Made by a program: the position numbers and the translations under genes. Of a stretch of DNA of 64,000 nt, positions 1 to 12,910 are shown one piece after another; the first letter of the stretch is position 1; every line of letters starts with the position of its first letter. Origin of the DNA: Cetorhinus maximus (taxonomy: Eukaryota). The stretch spans positions 28,768,001 through 28,832,000 of the forward strand of contig NC_135896.1 in NCBI RefSeq assembly GCF_964194155.1. Direction: 5' to 3'. The notes under the pieces are model-generated. The model was not told the DNA's origin. It made no database searches and saw nothing but the letters and a program-made list of their open reading frames with translations.

Positions 1-470
1 TGGCTGTCACTTATTTTGTTTAGCTGAAACAGGTGCAATGTTTGTACATGTTCTTTCTGCCTGCAAAGAACAGGGCCCTGTGTATTAATATATGTAGCTT
101 CCAATACACGCAAATGCACCACATCCCGAACCCGACTGACAACCTTAAATTGGTTGTCAGAGTAATTCTTAGCACACCGAGGACTATTCAGCCAAATGTT
201 GTCCAATCGTGGAATCACAGCTAATGTTGGACGCTGTTTTGAGTTTTGCAAGCATGGGCTGGTTGTGTATGGTCTGTGCCCTGCCCATTGCAAACAGTGG
301 CTGGGATATGCTGTTTGATACAATCTGCCAGTCTTTGGGGCGTATGGCCTACATACCTAGCATCACATTTGCACTGAAATTCATATACCACATTGCTCAT
401 TTGGCCCAGCTCCAACAAATATCTTTTTTGAGTTCCATGAGGCACATTTCTTTGATGGAATGACACCTAA
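1..470 (-). mobile_element. Penelope-like retroelement (family 1), 3' part with decayed GIY-YIG endonuclease
   Basis: ORF 221..466(-) has 'NVVYEFQCKCDARYVGHT..RLADCIKQH' (GIY-YIG). Sequence is the reverse complement of ~1190-1585. Confidence 0.85.
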
Positions 471-1032
471 CCTCCTACCATATTTCTGATGTGTGGATGA
501 TACGTTTGCTATATTTAAATCCGCAGCTGCATGTAACAATTTTCTTACATGTCTTAATGGGGTCCAATCTGCACTTAAATTCACCTATGAAATGGAGCAG
601 TTAAATGAACTCCCCTTCTTTGATGTACTAGTTGAGAAATCTGCCAGGGGATTCTCTACCACGGTCTACCCGCAAGCCTACCTTCACTGGTCAATATTCA
701 CGCTGGGATTCTTCCAGTGCCACACGCTATAAGTTTGGTCTTATCGACTACCTTGTAAATAGGGCCTGAGCCATTTGCTTACCATGCAAGCTTGATGCTG
801 AAATAGGGCGCATCAAAGGCATCCTGCAGGATAACGGCTACCCTGATCAGATCATTTCGGGCTGTAATTCACGCAAACTCATGAATGGGCCCTTTTTGGC
901 CCTGAAAAGTGCCCAGTCTACCTTAGGTTACCCTGGAAGGGCAACGTATCTCAACATTTTGAGCAATAGGTGAAGCTAGCTGTTTCACGCTGCTATGTGG
1001 TAGCAACATGAGTGGTATTCACCACTAATAGG

Positions 1033-1154
1033 TTATGGGGAGAGGGCAGGAAATTGGAGTTGAGGCCGAAAGGAGATCAGCCATGAGCATAATGAATGGC
1101 GGGGCAGGCTCGAGGGGCTAAATTGCCTACTCCTGCTCCTAGTTCTTATGTTCT
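1033..1154 (+). mobile_element. Short 3'-end fragment of a CR1/HER1-type LINE inserted in the Penelope element
   Basis: Matches CR1 3' ends elsewhere in the window (gatcagccatga...cctactcctgctcctagttcttatgttc). Flanked by direct repeat TAATAGG (1026-1032, 1155-1161). Confidence 0.8.
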
Positions 1155-2031
1155 TAATAGGATGCTGCCGTCAAGCCAAAAATACGTTCTGCCTATCACA
1201 CAAATGAATAATGTGGTATGTGAATTTCAGCACCAGTATGATGCTAAGTATGTAGGGCGTACGTCCCAAAGGCTGTTGGATCGTATCAAACAGCGTGACC
1301 CAGCCACTGTTCGCAATGGGCAGGGTACAGACCATACCCAACTAGCCCATGCTTACAAAACATTAGCTGTGATTCTGCGATTGAGGATTATTTAGCAAAT
1401 GTTACTCAATGTGCTAAGAATTACGCTGACAGCCAATTTAAGATTGTCAGTCGGGCTCGCAGTGTGGTGCATCTGCGTGTATTGGAAGCTACATATATTA
1501 ATACACAGGGCCCTGTTCTTTGCAGACAGAAAGAACGTGTACATACATTGTGCATGTTTCAGCTAAACAAAATAAGTGACAGTCATTCACTGACTCTATC
1601 CTGCGCTCAAATGCACCTATGAAATGGAGCAGTCAAATGAACTCCCCTTCTTTGACGTACTAGTTGAGAAATCTGCCAGGGGATTCTCTACCATGGTCTA
1701 CCCGCAAGCCTACCTTCACTGGTCAATATACACGCTGGGATTCTTACAGAGCCACATGCCATAAGTTGGTTCTTATCGACAATCTTGTAAATAGGGCCTG
1801 AGCCATTTGCTTACCATGCAAGCTTAATGCTGAAATAGGGCACATCAGGGCAACGTCTTGACCAATCAGGGTCAAGCTGCCTGGTTTAAATTTCAAACAA
1901 TGCTTTGCAGTAAACTGTCAGTCGCTATCAACGGTGCATTCTCCATGACAATGCCACTTGCCAAGAAATCATCACTTGCTTCACATACAGTATAAATTGG
2001 TGTTTTCCTCCTTACATTGGTATTCTTGCGA

Positions 2032-2067
2032 ATGTCCTGGTGAGCGCAAGATGTAAGGCTTAGACAT
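2032..2067 (+). ncRNA. Degenerate minimal type-I hammerhead ribozyme motif (PLE family 1 pLTR)
   Basis: ATGTC-CTGGTGA-GC GCAAG AT-GTAA-GGCT-TA-GACAT: stem I ATGTC/GACAT is intact; the core has drifted from CTGATGA/GAAA. Confidence 0.55.
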
Positions 2068-3254
2068 GTCTCTTTTTTCAGCAACACTCAAGTTCTGTAC
2101 TACCAAACGATAATTCTATTTCAGTGATCAGTGGCTTAAGGTCTTCCAGAACACAATCACTGAACTTTGGCTTTGAGCAACGCAATAGGAGAATAACTAG
2201 CAATAATTTTTGTAATCAATTATTGATCAAGATTTGAATTTTTTGAAATGCCTTTATTTAAACACTGAAAAATTTAAAATAAGAATACCTTAACTTGAAC
2301 ATTACAACAGCATATGCACCAGTGATATCTCCATATCCCATAATCAATCAATCTTTTGTCTTTGGGACTGGCATTTTATTTTCAAATAGTGAGCAGTGGA
2401 TTGACAATGTTTAACCACAGAAATATATTTTAAATTCTATCATTTTGTGCAAGATTCAAGCTCTTAATTGTAAAATGAAGCCAGGCTACAATCCCAACCA
2501 ATTTCCATTAAATTTCTCAACATCTACCTGTAAATTAAAGGAATTGATTTGTGAGAAAAGGCAAATTTACAAAGTGACTTCCGAATCATAATAATGTAGT
2601 GAAAAAAGTAGCATCCAGACTATAAGTATAAAAAACATTGAATTAAAATGTTGGAGGAAATCATATGTTCTTTATAATAAGTAAAGGATATACACGAATA
2701 CACCAAAGCACCATTGTTTCATTCAGAAATTGATTTTTAACCAAACAATTGCATATACAAAATAACAAGTCATTTAAAGTCAGTAATTCTTCAATACTTA
2801 CACAGCTGACATATGGGAACTGCTAAATTAAAGATGCAATAATCGTGATTGATGCCTAATTAGTCTGAGCCCCAAAGGCTTCAGCCATATGAACTACACA
2901 TTATTTTGTACAAATAGATAAACCTGTAGAAGTTGAGTGCGTGTGTGTATGTATATATATCCTTGAGAGCGAATGAAAGAGGGATGAATTTGTCCTTTAT
3001 CCATCCATCTGACAAGGAAGCTCCGAGATGTTTTTCATATATTACAAATTTATTGTACTTCTGCTGTTTTGGAGCTCACGTTTCACTTTACTTTCCAGAG
3101 TCTAACTTTCAGTATTGGAGCACATAAATTCGGCCGCCCTGAACAGTATGAGACAATCACCGGTACATGCACGCGATTTTCCATATATTAGCTGCGGAAA
3201 CAGAGGACATTTCGGGGCTGCAGGCAGCTGAACTGCCGGCTCCACTTTCTCTAC

Positions 3255-3368
3255 CTGGTCATACGGGTTGCTCTCCAGCAGCTTGGTGCAGAGGGCTGCG
3301 CAGGACTGGAACTTGCGCCTTCTGAAATAGCTCCAGGCCAAGAACATGGGATCCATGTCCAGCCCCAT
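3255..3368 (-). CDS. TTC8: TTC8/BBS8 (BBSome TPR subunit) coding exon 1
   Basis: MGLDMDPMFLAWSYFRRRKFQSCAALCTKLLESNPYDQ (38 codons) matches the vertebrate TTC8 N-terminus (LAWSYFRRRKFQ.CA.LCT..LE..PYDQ). Ends at a CAG|GTAGAG donor, phase 0. Confidence 0.95.
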
Positions 3369-3448
3369 CTTATTCCAGTAAAACTCCGATCCCGGGAAGT
3401 GGGGAGGTGGGATCGGGGCCTCGGGGCCTTGCTCCGTCACCTTCCTCC

Positions 3449-3463
3449 GTCACCCCCGGCAAC
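3449..3463. promoter_or_regulatory. RFX X-box in the TTC8 proximal promoter
   Basis: GTCACC-CCC-GGCAAC fits the RFX consensus GTNRCC-N0-3-RGYAAC. It lies ~80 bp upstream of the TTC8 ATG; BBS genes are established RFX/DAF-19 targets. Confidence 0.7.
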
Positions 3464-4134
3464 GGCATCCACGGGTCTTCGCAAAGCGCGGGGGTGGCTC
3501 CAGAACTGCCTAACATATTAGCGACCGTAGTATTGACACATTTTGCACTCAGATGAAGCGCGATTAGATAGGAATAACATTTACCGAAAATTATAGTCAT
3601 CGGGATAAAGTCAAGCACCTTTTGTCTTATAATCGTATTGTGTTTTTTTTTAAAAAAACTGGCAAACTGGAAACACGGCAGTGATTACGACCTTGAGCTT
3701 CACTGTTACTTGTCAATCAGCTTGTTCCAGTTGCCAATATCAGTGGCCATTCATAAACCAAAGATCTGTGTATACATATAAAAATAAATGTCAATGGAGA
3801 GGAAAATGCATTTCTTGATGCATATTAGAAGCATCCTGCAAGTGACACATTTTTAAAGTACCTATATCACATTATGTTTTATAAATAGCCCCATGCTTAT
3901 TGCAATAACCCATATTGAGCCATTGATGTCCAGTGCTGAGCACCTTATTTTGCAGCATATTCATTTTCCCAATCATTCTACATCAATGTCGTTTTCTCAT
4001 TATTCTGGAAGTGAAACTATGCCACACTGAGGTAAATAACTTCGCCGTTTAAATCGGTGGATGTAAGCTGGGTGGCTTTTTTTTAATTTAAAAAAAAGGT
4101 AAGTTGCTACTTCAAACTGGCGAGAAGAACCAGT

Positions 4135-4470
4135 ATCTGTAAATACTGAAAATTTGAAACAAAAGAAAACATAAGATTCTGAAAACACTCAGCAGGTCAA
4201 GCAGCAAAAGGTTAAAAAAAGTTAACATTTCAGCTGCAGAAACAGAGAATGTGGAGCCATAGATGCTGCCTGACCTGCTGAATATTTCCAGCATTTTCTG
4301 TTTTTATTTCAGGTTTCTAGCATTCCGCTTAACATTTCAGGGACTGTGTAAATCCTTCGTCAAAAACCAGGTAATGCCTGGGAAAGTTACATTTCTTTTC
4401 CCCCACAATGCTGCCTGACCTGCTATTTTCTATTTCCAGTATTTTCTGACTCTGTTTCAGATTTCCAGCC
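4135..4470. mobile_element. Decayed PLE family 2 3'-end fragments in both orientations
   Basis: actcagcaggtcaagcagc (-) and gatgctgcctgacctgctg...tttcag(g/a)tt(t/c)(t/c)agc (+, twice) match 28520-28599, 39996-40097 and 60850-60980. Confidence 0.65.
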
Positions 4471-4559
4471 CCGATATGATATGATTGACGGCTCCAAGTC
4501 GATGCCGTGCATCATTAGATAATCACTCGGCTAATAAGACGACTCTTATTTCCTCCCAC

Positions 4560-4930
4560 CTCCCGCTTATTTCCTCCGCCAGCGAAAAGCGGGCGTGAGG
4601 GGCGGAGCGCCGCGGAGGGGGCGGGCCGACGGGGGGAAGGAGCGAGGGATGCGCATGATTGACGTGGGGACGCGGCTTTCCATTGGTCTGTCGCGCTGTC
4701 CATCAGTGGAATGCCCGCAGAGGATTGGTCGGGCTGGCGCGAGCGGACGCGGGACATGCGCGCGGCGGGCGGAGGTGTCAAAGCGCTGGATACAACACCG
4801 GGCGATGTAAAGCGAAGCGAGGCAAAGGCAACCTGTCAACTTGCAGAGCTCGGTAGCTCATTTTTATTTTATTCTGGAGGGGGTGGGGGGGATAGGAAAA
4901 AAAGGTTTGACGTCATGCGTTTCTGACGTT
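4560..4930 (+). promoter_or_regulatory. CpG-island promoter region of EML5
   Basis: GC/CpG-rich. GC boxes (GGGGCGGAG ~4599, GGGGCGGG ~4618), reverse CCAAT boxes (ATTGG ~4682, ~4723), TGACGTGG 4660-4667 and a full CRE TGACGTCA 4908-4915. Confidence 0.7.
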
Positions 4931-5054
4931 CGTATTTGCAAAGTGTGCGTGGGAGAGCAAAAAACATAAAATGCATGACAACTGTTGAGTATTCGCGCAT
5001 CTTCAATCTGGTTGTGTGCAGAGCAAGGTTGGGAAGAGGAGACTCATCAGCTGA

Positions 5055-5318
<264 letters not shown>

Positions 5319-7089
5319 TAAAAAGTGCCCAATCCATTATGAAAAAAAAAATCGCGCATCCGTACAGTATGAATTCCGCTCGTTGCTCCGGCGTCCCGTT
5401 ATCCGGCTGTATGCACTGGGAAAGCAAAATGTAACCTCGAGTCTACAAATCTGGTTAGTTCCTTTGCACTTTAAATTAACTACTTCATGTACGTCAAAAA
5501 TTCAACCGCGCAGATTCTGGAATTTATGAAGGGTCCATATTTGATTCACCCCCCCCCCCCCCTCCCCTCAAATTCTTCACCTAACTAGATAAATTGTTTA
5601 TTTGGCCCTGGAATGTTGGAAACAATATATCGTTCATAAAGGCATTTTATTTCTGTCATGCAAAAGAATTTCTTGATTTGAGCTCCCCATCTTCTCTACA
5701 AGTGTAATTAATTTGAATTAAGTTGCTTCCATAAAAAAGATACTTAAAGCCGTCATGTTTATTATTTGCTGCGATTGTTGGGATAATAATGCATTCACAG
5801 TTAATTGAATGAATTGATCCATGCTGCAGGTTGAGATTGTATTTAGGCTTATAAAATGTAACTTGTTTGTTACATTGTACAGCGCCCGACATATTCCAAA
5901 TAATTCGGAATTATATTTTGAGGCGACGGGTGTTTTGTTTTAATCTGAATTGGACAACACTGTACAGTGCACTTTGTGATCCTGAATGCCCAACTCCTAA
6001 CAGGTAACCGTTGATTGTGATCGTATGGATCTGCAACTTTGAAAGCCCTCACTGGAACGGCTCCCAAAACTAAATAAAACCAGCTCTTTTTTTTATCGGC
6101 AGAGAATAACTCATCCTCGGGCGGTTGCTGCTGTCCTTTTGTACATGCGGATGGTTTGTGTTACGGGAGCGTTTTATAGAACCCAAGCAGCGGAACCCAG
6201 GCCATTGTTTAATAAATAAAAGTGCATTCCCCTTGGAAGCTGCGGTACAGTTAGTCAGAAAAATCATAACATGTATAATTTATCAGATGTAGTAATCCAC
6301 TTTTTAGATTCCGTGGTGCGTGGCTCTCTTTGTGTGGAAGGATGGCTCTTGACTCCAAATTACAAAGGTTAAATCTTACAAACGACAGATGGACTGCCAT
6401 TCACCGTCCTTTGAGTCAGAGGATATGAAGTGAAAGATTTAGCTGTTCAATTGATTTCCGGAAAGACTTTTGGGCAGAGCATGAAAATGGATATGATGCC
6501 GGGTATTTTGAGCTGATTGTTAAATCATTGCTATATATATGCTATATACATATGTGTGTGTGTGTTTAACATAGCGTATTCAATTGTAACAAAATTGCCA
6601 TTATGTGTAAATTGAAATTCCAGAACAAACACCATTGTCGAACTGATTTAAATTCAATCATTTCAAACTGTTACATAATGTGATCAGTGGGGGTAAGAAA
6701 CGGATGATATGGATGTGTACCTCGAGGGGAATGGACAGGGGTGAATTACAAGGATGTAATTTTATCCCAGGGATATTAATGACGTCCTGAATTATGTAAT
6801 TGAAGCTTGACGAGTTTGTAATTGCTATTTGAACCCAGAGACTGGCAGGTATCCTTGAACTTGATCCTGGCATTTATTTTGAAAAATATCTAGTTTTGTA
6901 TGGTACTTTCTTGCTGGTGGCAGTTGCTATTGGCGCTCCATGTGGGCTCAGTGATACATTAAAGAGACGGAAATGCTTTGAGCTCTTAAAGGCATTTGCG
7001 CAATAGGGTTTGATGCATGGGGCACACTCAGAGAATATTTCCACTTGTGGGGACATCCAAAACCACAGTTCGTAAATATAAGTTAGTTA

Positions 7090-7340
7090 CAAAAAACAAT
7101 AGAGAATTCAAGAGACATCTCATTACCCAAGTGTAGTAAAAGTACGGAACACACTTGTACACGGTGTAATTGAGGCAAATAGCATGGGTACATTTAATGG
7201 GAAGCTAGATAAACATGAGAGGAAAAGGAGTAGCAGGATACACTGCTAGTTAGGTGAAGAAGGTTGGACACTTGTTTGGAACATATTCACTAGGTGGACA
7301 AGTTGGGTTTAATGGGCTGTCCATGTATCTATATGTAACT
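7090..7340 (+). mobile_element. Old CR1-type LINE 3' fragment
   Basis: Degenerate match to the CR1 3' region (...catttaatgggaagctagataaacatg...). Confidence 0.5.
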
Positions 7341-7799
7341 ATCCATACTTCAACGTGAGTTGACTGAACAGACCATCTTCAGTGTCACTGTGAAGTCATT
7401 CCTGCTCTACGGCAATGCTGAAAATGGCTTGTATACAGGATGGCTGGTAAATTGATTCAGTCTCTAGATCTACTGTCTAACCAAGACACCTGGTGGTGTC
7501 AGACGCAAATTGCAGTACGGCTGGAAAGGGCTCCTACGGCTTGGCTTGGATTTTGGAAATGTTCATGTGAGTGGGGCCTCCAAACCCAAAATAAACTGAG
7601 GGCAATTTTCTGCAGTTTCCTAATGGAGCATCAACGTTTTCCAATAAAAGACATTTAGATGTATTACATTCTGCAACGAAATGGCCGAGAGTATTAATGC
7701 TGGTAATATTACTCTTGGATAGCAGGGAAATTGGGACCCTATGGCTCAGTATGAAAAGACTGAAGGAGAGTAAAGGGGTTGTAGAATAAATGTTTAATG

Positions 7800-8272
7800 A
7801 ATTGTAGAATGGTTACAGCACAGGATGGGGGCATTTGGTCCATCGTGTCCATGCCAGGTATCTGCAAGAACAACTTGGCTAGTGCCATTCCCCCGTGCTT
7901 TCCACAAAGCCTTGATTTTTTTTTTCCCTGTGCTTTTTTCAATTCCATTTTGAAGCCCATTATTGAATCTACCTCCATCATACTCTCGGGCAGTGATTTC
8001 AGATCCTAAACACTTGCTATGTTTTTTTTTAAAAAAAGTTTCTCCTCATGTCACTGTTGGTAATTTTGCCAATTACCTTAAACAGGTGTCCTCTGGTTCT
8101 CAGACCTTCTGCCAATGGGAACACTTTCTCTCTCACTCTGTCTAGATCTTGTATGATTTTGAATGCCACTATCAAATCTCCTCCCCATCTTCTCTAAGGA
8201 GAGCAACCCCAGCTTCTCCAATCAATTTACACAACTGAAGTCCCACATTCCAGGAACCATTCTCATGAATCT
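7800..8272 (-). mobile_element. CR1-type LINE 3' fragment
   Basis: Reverse complement of the 11460-11920 type sequence (ggaaccattctcatgaatct; aaccccagcttctccaatc). Confidence 0.75.
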
Positions 8273-8870
8273 TTTTTTTAATATTTATTCATGGGGTATG
8301 AGCATCACTGGCCTATCCCTAATTGCCCTTGAAGTGGTGGTGAGCCACCTTCTTGAAACAGCAGAAATTCATGTGGTTTAGGTACACCCACTGTGCTGTT
8401 AGGAAGGGAGTTTGACCCAGTGACAGTGAAGGAACAGTGATCTAGTACATGGAGGGGAACTTGCAGGTGGTGGTGTTCCCATGCATCTGCTGCCCTTGTC
8501 CTTTTTCAGGTAATGAAGGTCACAAATTTGGAAGGTGCTGTGGGTGGAGATGTGATGAGTTACTGCATTGTATCTTTATGTGGTACACTTTACTGTCACT
8601 TTGTGCTGGTGGTGGAGGAGTAAGTGTTTGAGGTGATGGATGGAGTGCGAATAAAGTGCCTTGCTTTGTCTTGGATGATGTTGTGCCTCTTGAGTGTTGT
8701 TGGCACACACTCATCGGGCAAGTGGAGAATATTCTAACACACTTTTGACTCGTGCCTTGATAATGGTGGGCAAGCTTAGGGGAGTCAGGAGGTGAGTTAT
8801 TCACTGTAAAATTCTAAGTCTCCACCCTTGTAGCTGCCGTATTTACATGCCTGGCCTGGTGAAGTTTTTG
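8273..8870 (-). mobile_element. CR1/L2-group LINE 'family B' 3' fragment
   Basis: Shares tail cctaattgcccttgaa..ggtggtgagccaccttcttgaa with 24250, 46150 and 52730. Confidence 0.75.
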
Positions 8871-8879
8871 GTTTTTAAA

Positions 8880-9105
8880 TTCCTGCATCCTCTCTGAAGC
8901 CTTCTCATGCTTTCTAAAATGTGGTGTCCAGAATTGGAGACAATACTCCTGTTGAGGACAAACCAGAGTTTTATAAAGGTTCACCATAACTTCCTTGCTT
9001 TTGTACTCAATGCCTCCATTTATAAAGTCAAGGATCCCATGTGCCTCATTAATCACTTTCGCAACCTGCTCTTTCTCCTTCAATGATTTGTGCACGTATA
9101 CCTCC
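8880..9105 (-). mobile_element. CR1 ORF2 fragment
   Basis: ORF 8814..9137(-): 'VYVHKSLK...GIEYKSKEVMVNLYKTLV.PQQEYCLQFWTPH'. Confidence 0.8.
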
Positions 9106-9119
9106 AGAAGTGTTGAGTG

Positions 9120-12100
9120 GATGATCCATCTGGGCATCCTACTGAGGTCCCCAGCATCACAGATATCAGGCTTCAGCCAATTTGATTCACTCCATACGAT
9201 ATCAAGAAATCGCAGAAGGCAATAGTACTGAAGATTTGTGCCCCAGAACTAGCCACGCCCACTAGCCAAGCTGTTCCAGTACAGCTACTATGGAGAAAGA
9301 GGATGTCCCAGAGAGGTAAAGGATAAAATCAATTTGGCTAGAGCTAAAGAACAAAAAGGTGCAATTATATTGCTTAGTGTAATCTATAGGTCACCAACTA
9401 GTGGGAAGAATATAGAGGAACAAATCTGCAAGGGAATAACAGAGAGGTGCAAAAATTAGGGGAACTTTAATTATCCGCCTATAGACTGGAATAGTGGTAG
9501 TGTAAAGGGCAGAGGGGCAAAAGTTCCTAGAGTGTGTTCAGGCTTTTCTACAGCAGTATGTGTCCAGTCCAATGAGAAATGAGGCACTGCTAGACCGGAT
9601 TCTTGGAAATGAGGTGGGCCATGTAGATCATGTGTCAGTAGGAGAACATTTAGGGGACAAGGATCACTGTATCATAAGGTTTAGGATGACTATGGAAAAG
9701 GACAATGAACTCTCCAGAGTAAGAATAATTAACTGGGGGAAAGCCAAATTCAGTGGGGGTAAGAACAGATCTGGGCCAAATGAATTGGTGTCAAAGGTTG
9801 GCAGAAAAAATGGGAGCTGAACAATGAGCTACCTTCAAAGAAGAGATGCTTCAGGCATAGTCAAGCTATATTCCCTCAAAAGGAAAAGGTATGGCAAACC
9901 AATTCAGAGCTCCCTGAATGACAAAGGAGGTGGAAATTAAGATAAAGAAGATAAAGCATACTTATGACAGATGCCAGGTAGAAAATACAATTGAGAAGCA
10001 GGCTGAATACAGAAGGTTCAGAGGGAAGGTGAAAAAGCAAATAAGAGAAACGAAGAGGGAGTTTGAAAAGGGACTGACAGCTAATATAAAAGGGAATCCC
10101 AAAGTCTTCTAAAGATATATAAATAGTAAAGGGTGGTAAAAGGAGGAGTAGGCTGATTAGGGACCAAAAAAGGAATTTTCACATAGAGGCAGGGGCATGG
10201 CCAAAGAATTAAATAAATACTTTGCAACTGTCTTTACCAAGGAAGAAGATGCTACCCAGGCCATGGTGAAAGAGGAGGAAATTCAGTCATGAGAAGGGTT
10301 TAAAATTGCTAAGGAGGAAGTATTGGATAGGCTGTCTGTACTCAAAGTTGACAAGGCACTGGAACAGGATGAGATGTATCTAAGGATATGGAGGGAAGTG
10401 AGAGTGGAAATTGGAGGGGCACTGGCCATAATTCTTCAATCTTCCTTAGACTCAGTGGTGGTGCCAGAGGATTGGGGAGAGTTGCAAACATTATGCCCTT
10501 GTTCAAAAAAGGGTGTAAGGATAAGCCCAGTAACTATAGACCTGTCAGATTAACTTCAGTGGTGGGGAAACATCTAGAAATTGTAATTTGGGGCAGAATT
10601 AATAGTCACATGGACAAATGTGAGTTAATTAAGGAGAGCCAGCATGGATTTCTTAAGGAAAAATCGTATTTAACTAACTTGGAGTTTTTTAAAGAGGTGA
10701 CAGAGAGGGTTGATGAGGGCGATATTGTTGATGTGGTGTACGTGGACTTCCAATAGGCGTTTGATACAGTGCTGCACAACAGACTTGTGAGCAAAGTTAT
10801 AGCTCATGGAATAAAAGGGACAGTACAAAATTGGATACAAAATTGGCTGAGTGACAGGAAATAGAGAGTAATGGTTTATGCATGTTTTTTTCGGGTTGGA
10901 GGAAGATTTGTAGTGGAGTTTCCCAAGGGTCGTTATTGGGACCCTTGCTTTTCCTAATATATATTTATGATCTAGACCTTGGTGTACAGGGAACATTGTT
11001 GACATTTGTGGAAGATACAAAATTTGGAAGCATTGTAAACTTTGAGGAGGACTTCAGAAGGACTTAGACGAGTTGGTGGAATGGGCAGATAGGTAGCAGA
11101 TGAAGCTCAGTGTGGAGAAATGGGAGGTTTGATAGATTTTCCTACATTTTGGTAGGGAAAAAACCTGGAGAGACAGTATAAAATAAAGGGCACTACTCTA
11201 AAATGGATGCAGGGGCAGAGGGACCTGGGTGTATATGTGCATAAGTCATTAAAAATGGCAGGACAGGATGAAAGAGCAGTTAATAAAGCATACAGTATCC
11301 TAGGCTTTATTAGTAGGGGCAAAGAGTACAAGATCAAGGAGGCTATGTTGATCTTATATAAGACACTAGTTAGAACTCGGCTAGAGTATTGCATACAGTT
11401 CTGGACGCTGCATTTTAGGAAGAATGTGAAGGTATTGTATAGAGTGCAGAAGAAGTTTACGAGGATGGTTCCAGGGATGAGGAACTTCAGTTATGAAGTA
11501 AGGTTGGAGAAGTTGGGACTCTTTCTTGGAGAAAAGAAGGCTGGGAGGAGATTTGATAAAGGTGTTCAAAATCATGAGGGGCCTGGACAGAGTAGATAGG
11601 GAGAAATTGCTCCCAGTTGTGAAAGGATTGAGAATGAGAGGGCACACACTTAAAATAATTGGCAAAATAAGCAAAAGTGATATGAGAAAAAAACTTCTTC
11701 ACACAGTGAGTGATTAGGGTCTGGAATGCACAGCCTGAGAATGTGATGGAGACAGGTTCAATCGAGGCATTCAAGAGGGAATTTTTTCTTTTCAAATAAT
11801 CTATCTGCAGGGTTACAGGGAGAAGGCAGAAGAAGGCATTAGGTGAAATGCTCATTTGGAGAGCCGGTGCAGACATGATGGGCTGAATGGCCTCCTTATG
11901 CACTGTAACAGTTCTGTGATTCAAAACTGGCATCTACCCTGCAATGTGGAAAATTGCCCAAGTTTGTCCTGTCCACAAAAAGTGGGACAAATCTAATTAC
12001 TGCCCCATCAATCCACTCTCGATCATCAGCAAAGTGATAGAAGGTGTTGATGACAGTGCTGTCAAGCAGCAGATACTCAGTAATAACTTACTCACTGATG

Positions 12101-12860
12101 CTCAGTTTGGGTTCCGGCAGGGCCACTCAGCTCCCGACCTCATTACAGCCTTGGTCCAAATATTGGACAGATGAGTTGAATTCAAGATGAGGCGAGGATG
12201 ACTGACCTTGACATCAAGGCAGCATTTGAGGCATCAAGGAGCCCTAGCAAAACTGGAGTCAATGTGAATCAAAGGGAAAACTCTCCACTGGTTGGAGTCA
12301 TACCTACCAAAGGAAGATAGCTATGGCTGTTGGAGGTCATCTCAGTCCCAGGATATTGCTGCAGGAGTTCCTCAGGTAGTGTCCTAGGCTTCATCTTCAG
12401 CTGCTTCATCAATGACCTTCCCACCATCATGAGGTAAAAAGTGGGAGTATTCACTGATAATTGCACAATGTTCAGCACCACTTGCAATTCCTCAGATACT
12501 AAAGCAGCCTGTGTCCATATGCTGCAATACCTGGACACCATTCAGGCTTGGGCTGATAAATGGCAAGTAACATTCACACTTCACAAGTGCCAGGCAATGA
12601 CCATCTCCAACAAGAGAGAGAATCTAACCATCTCCTCTTGACATTCAATGGGCATTACCATCACTGAATCCTCCACTATCAGCTTCCTGGGAGGTTGCCA
12701 GGAGAAAATGAACTGTTATACAAGAGCAGGCCGGAGGCTGGGAATTCTGTGGTGAGACCAACTAAATCCCCAAACCCTGTCCACCATGTGCAAGGCACAA
12801 GTCAGGAACGTGATGGAATACTCCCCACTTGCCTGGATGAGTGCAGCTCCAAAAACACTA
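9120..12860 (+). mobile_element. LINE family B (RT), split by a CR1 insertion at ~9290-11922
   Basis: '...ttccagtacagctac' at ~9288 resumes as 'aaaactggcatctaccc' at 11923. Then 'MWKIAQVCPVHKK..NYCPINPLS..QFGFRQGHS' and 'FTDN' (FADD-like). Confidence 0.8.
9290..11922 (+). mobile_element. CR1-type LINE ORF2 (endonuclease C-term, RT, 3' end), frameshifted
   Basis: 'NYRPVRLTSVVGK', 'SQHGF', 'VVYVDFQ', 'GVSQGSLLGPLLF', 'LEYCIQFW'; tail ttctgtgattc. Confidence 0.9.
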
Positions 12861-12910
12861 TCCTCTTTATCCATCCCTGTTACCTCATCAAAAAACTCAA
12901 TCAAGCTAGT

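Larger units (their letters stand above)
480..2110 (+). mobile_element. Penelope-like retroelement (family 1): RT C-terminus, GIY-YIG and 3' pLTR; pseudogenised
   Basis: 'DDTFAIF...LPFFDVLVEK' RT motifs (493-732) and 'YVGRTSQRLLDRIKQ' (~1250). The 3' end (...cagcaacactcaagttctgtactaccaaac) matches the ends at 34765 and 36100. Confidence 0.85.

Noticed and set aside
3102-3440. 112-aa ORF as a whole protein
   Set aside because: It begins at a non-ATG codon and reads through the splice donor; only 3255-3368 matches TTC8.
4515-4926. Several overlapping 65-90 aa ORFs
   Set aside because: Expected by-product of a GC-rich CpG island; no recognisable homology.
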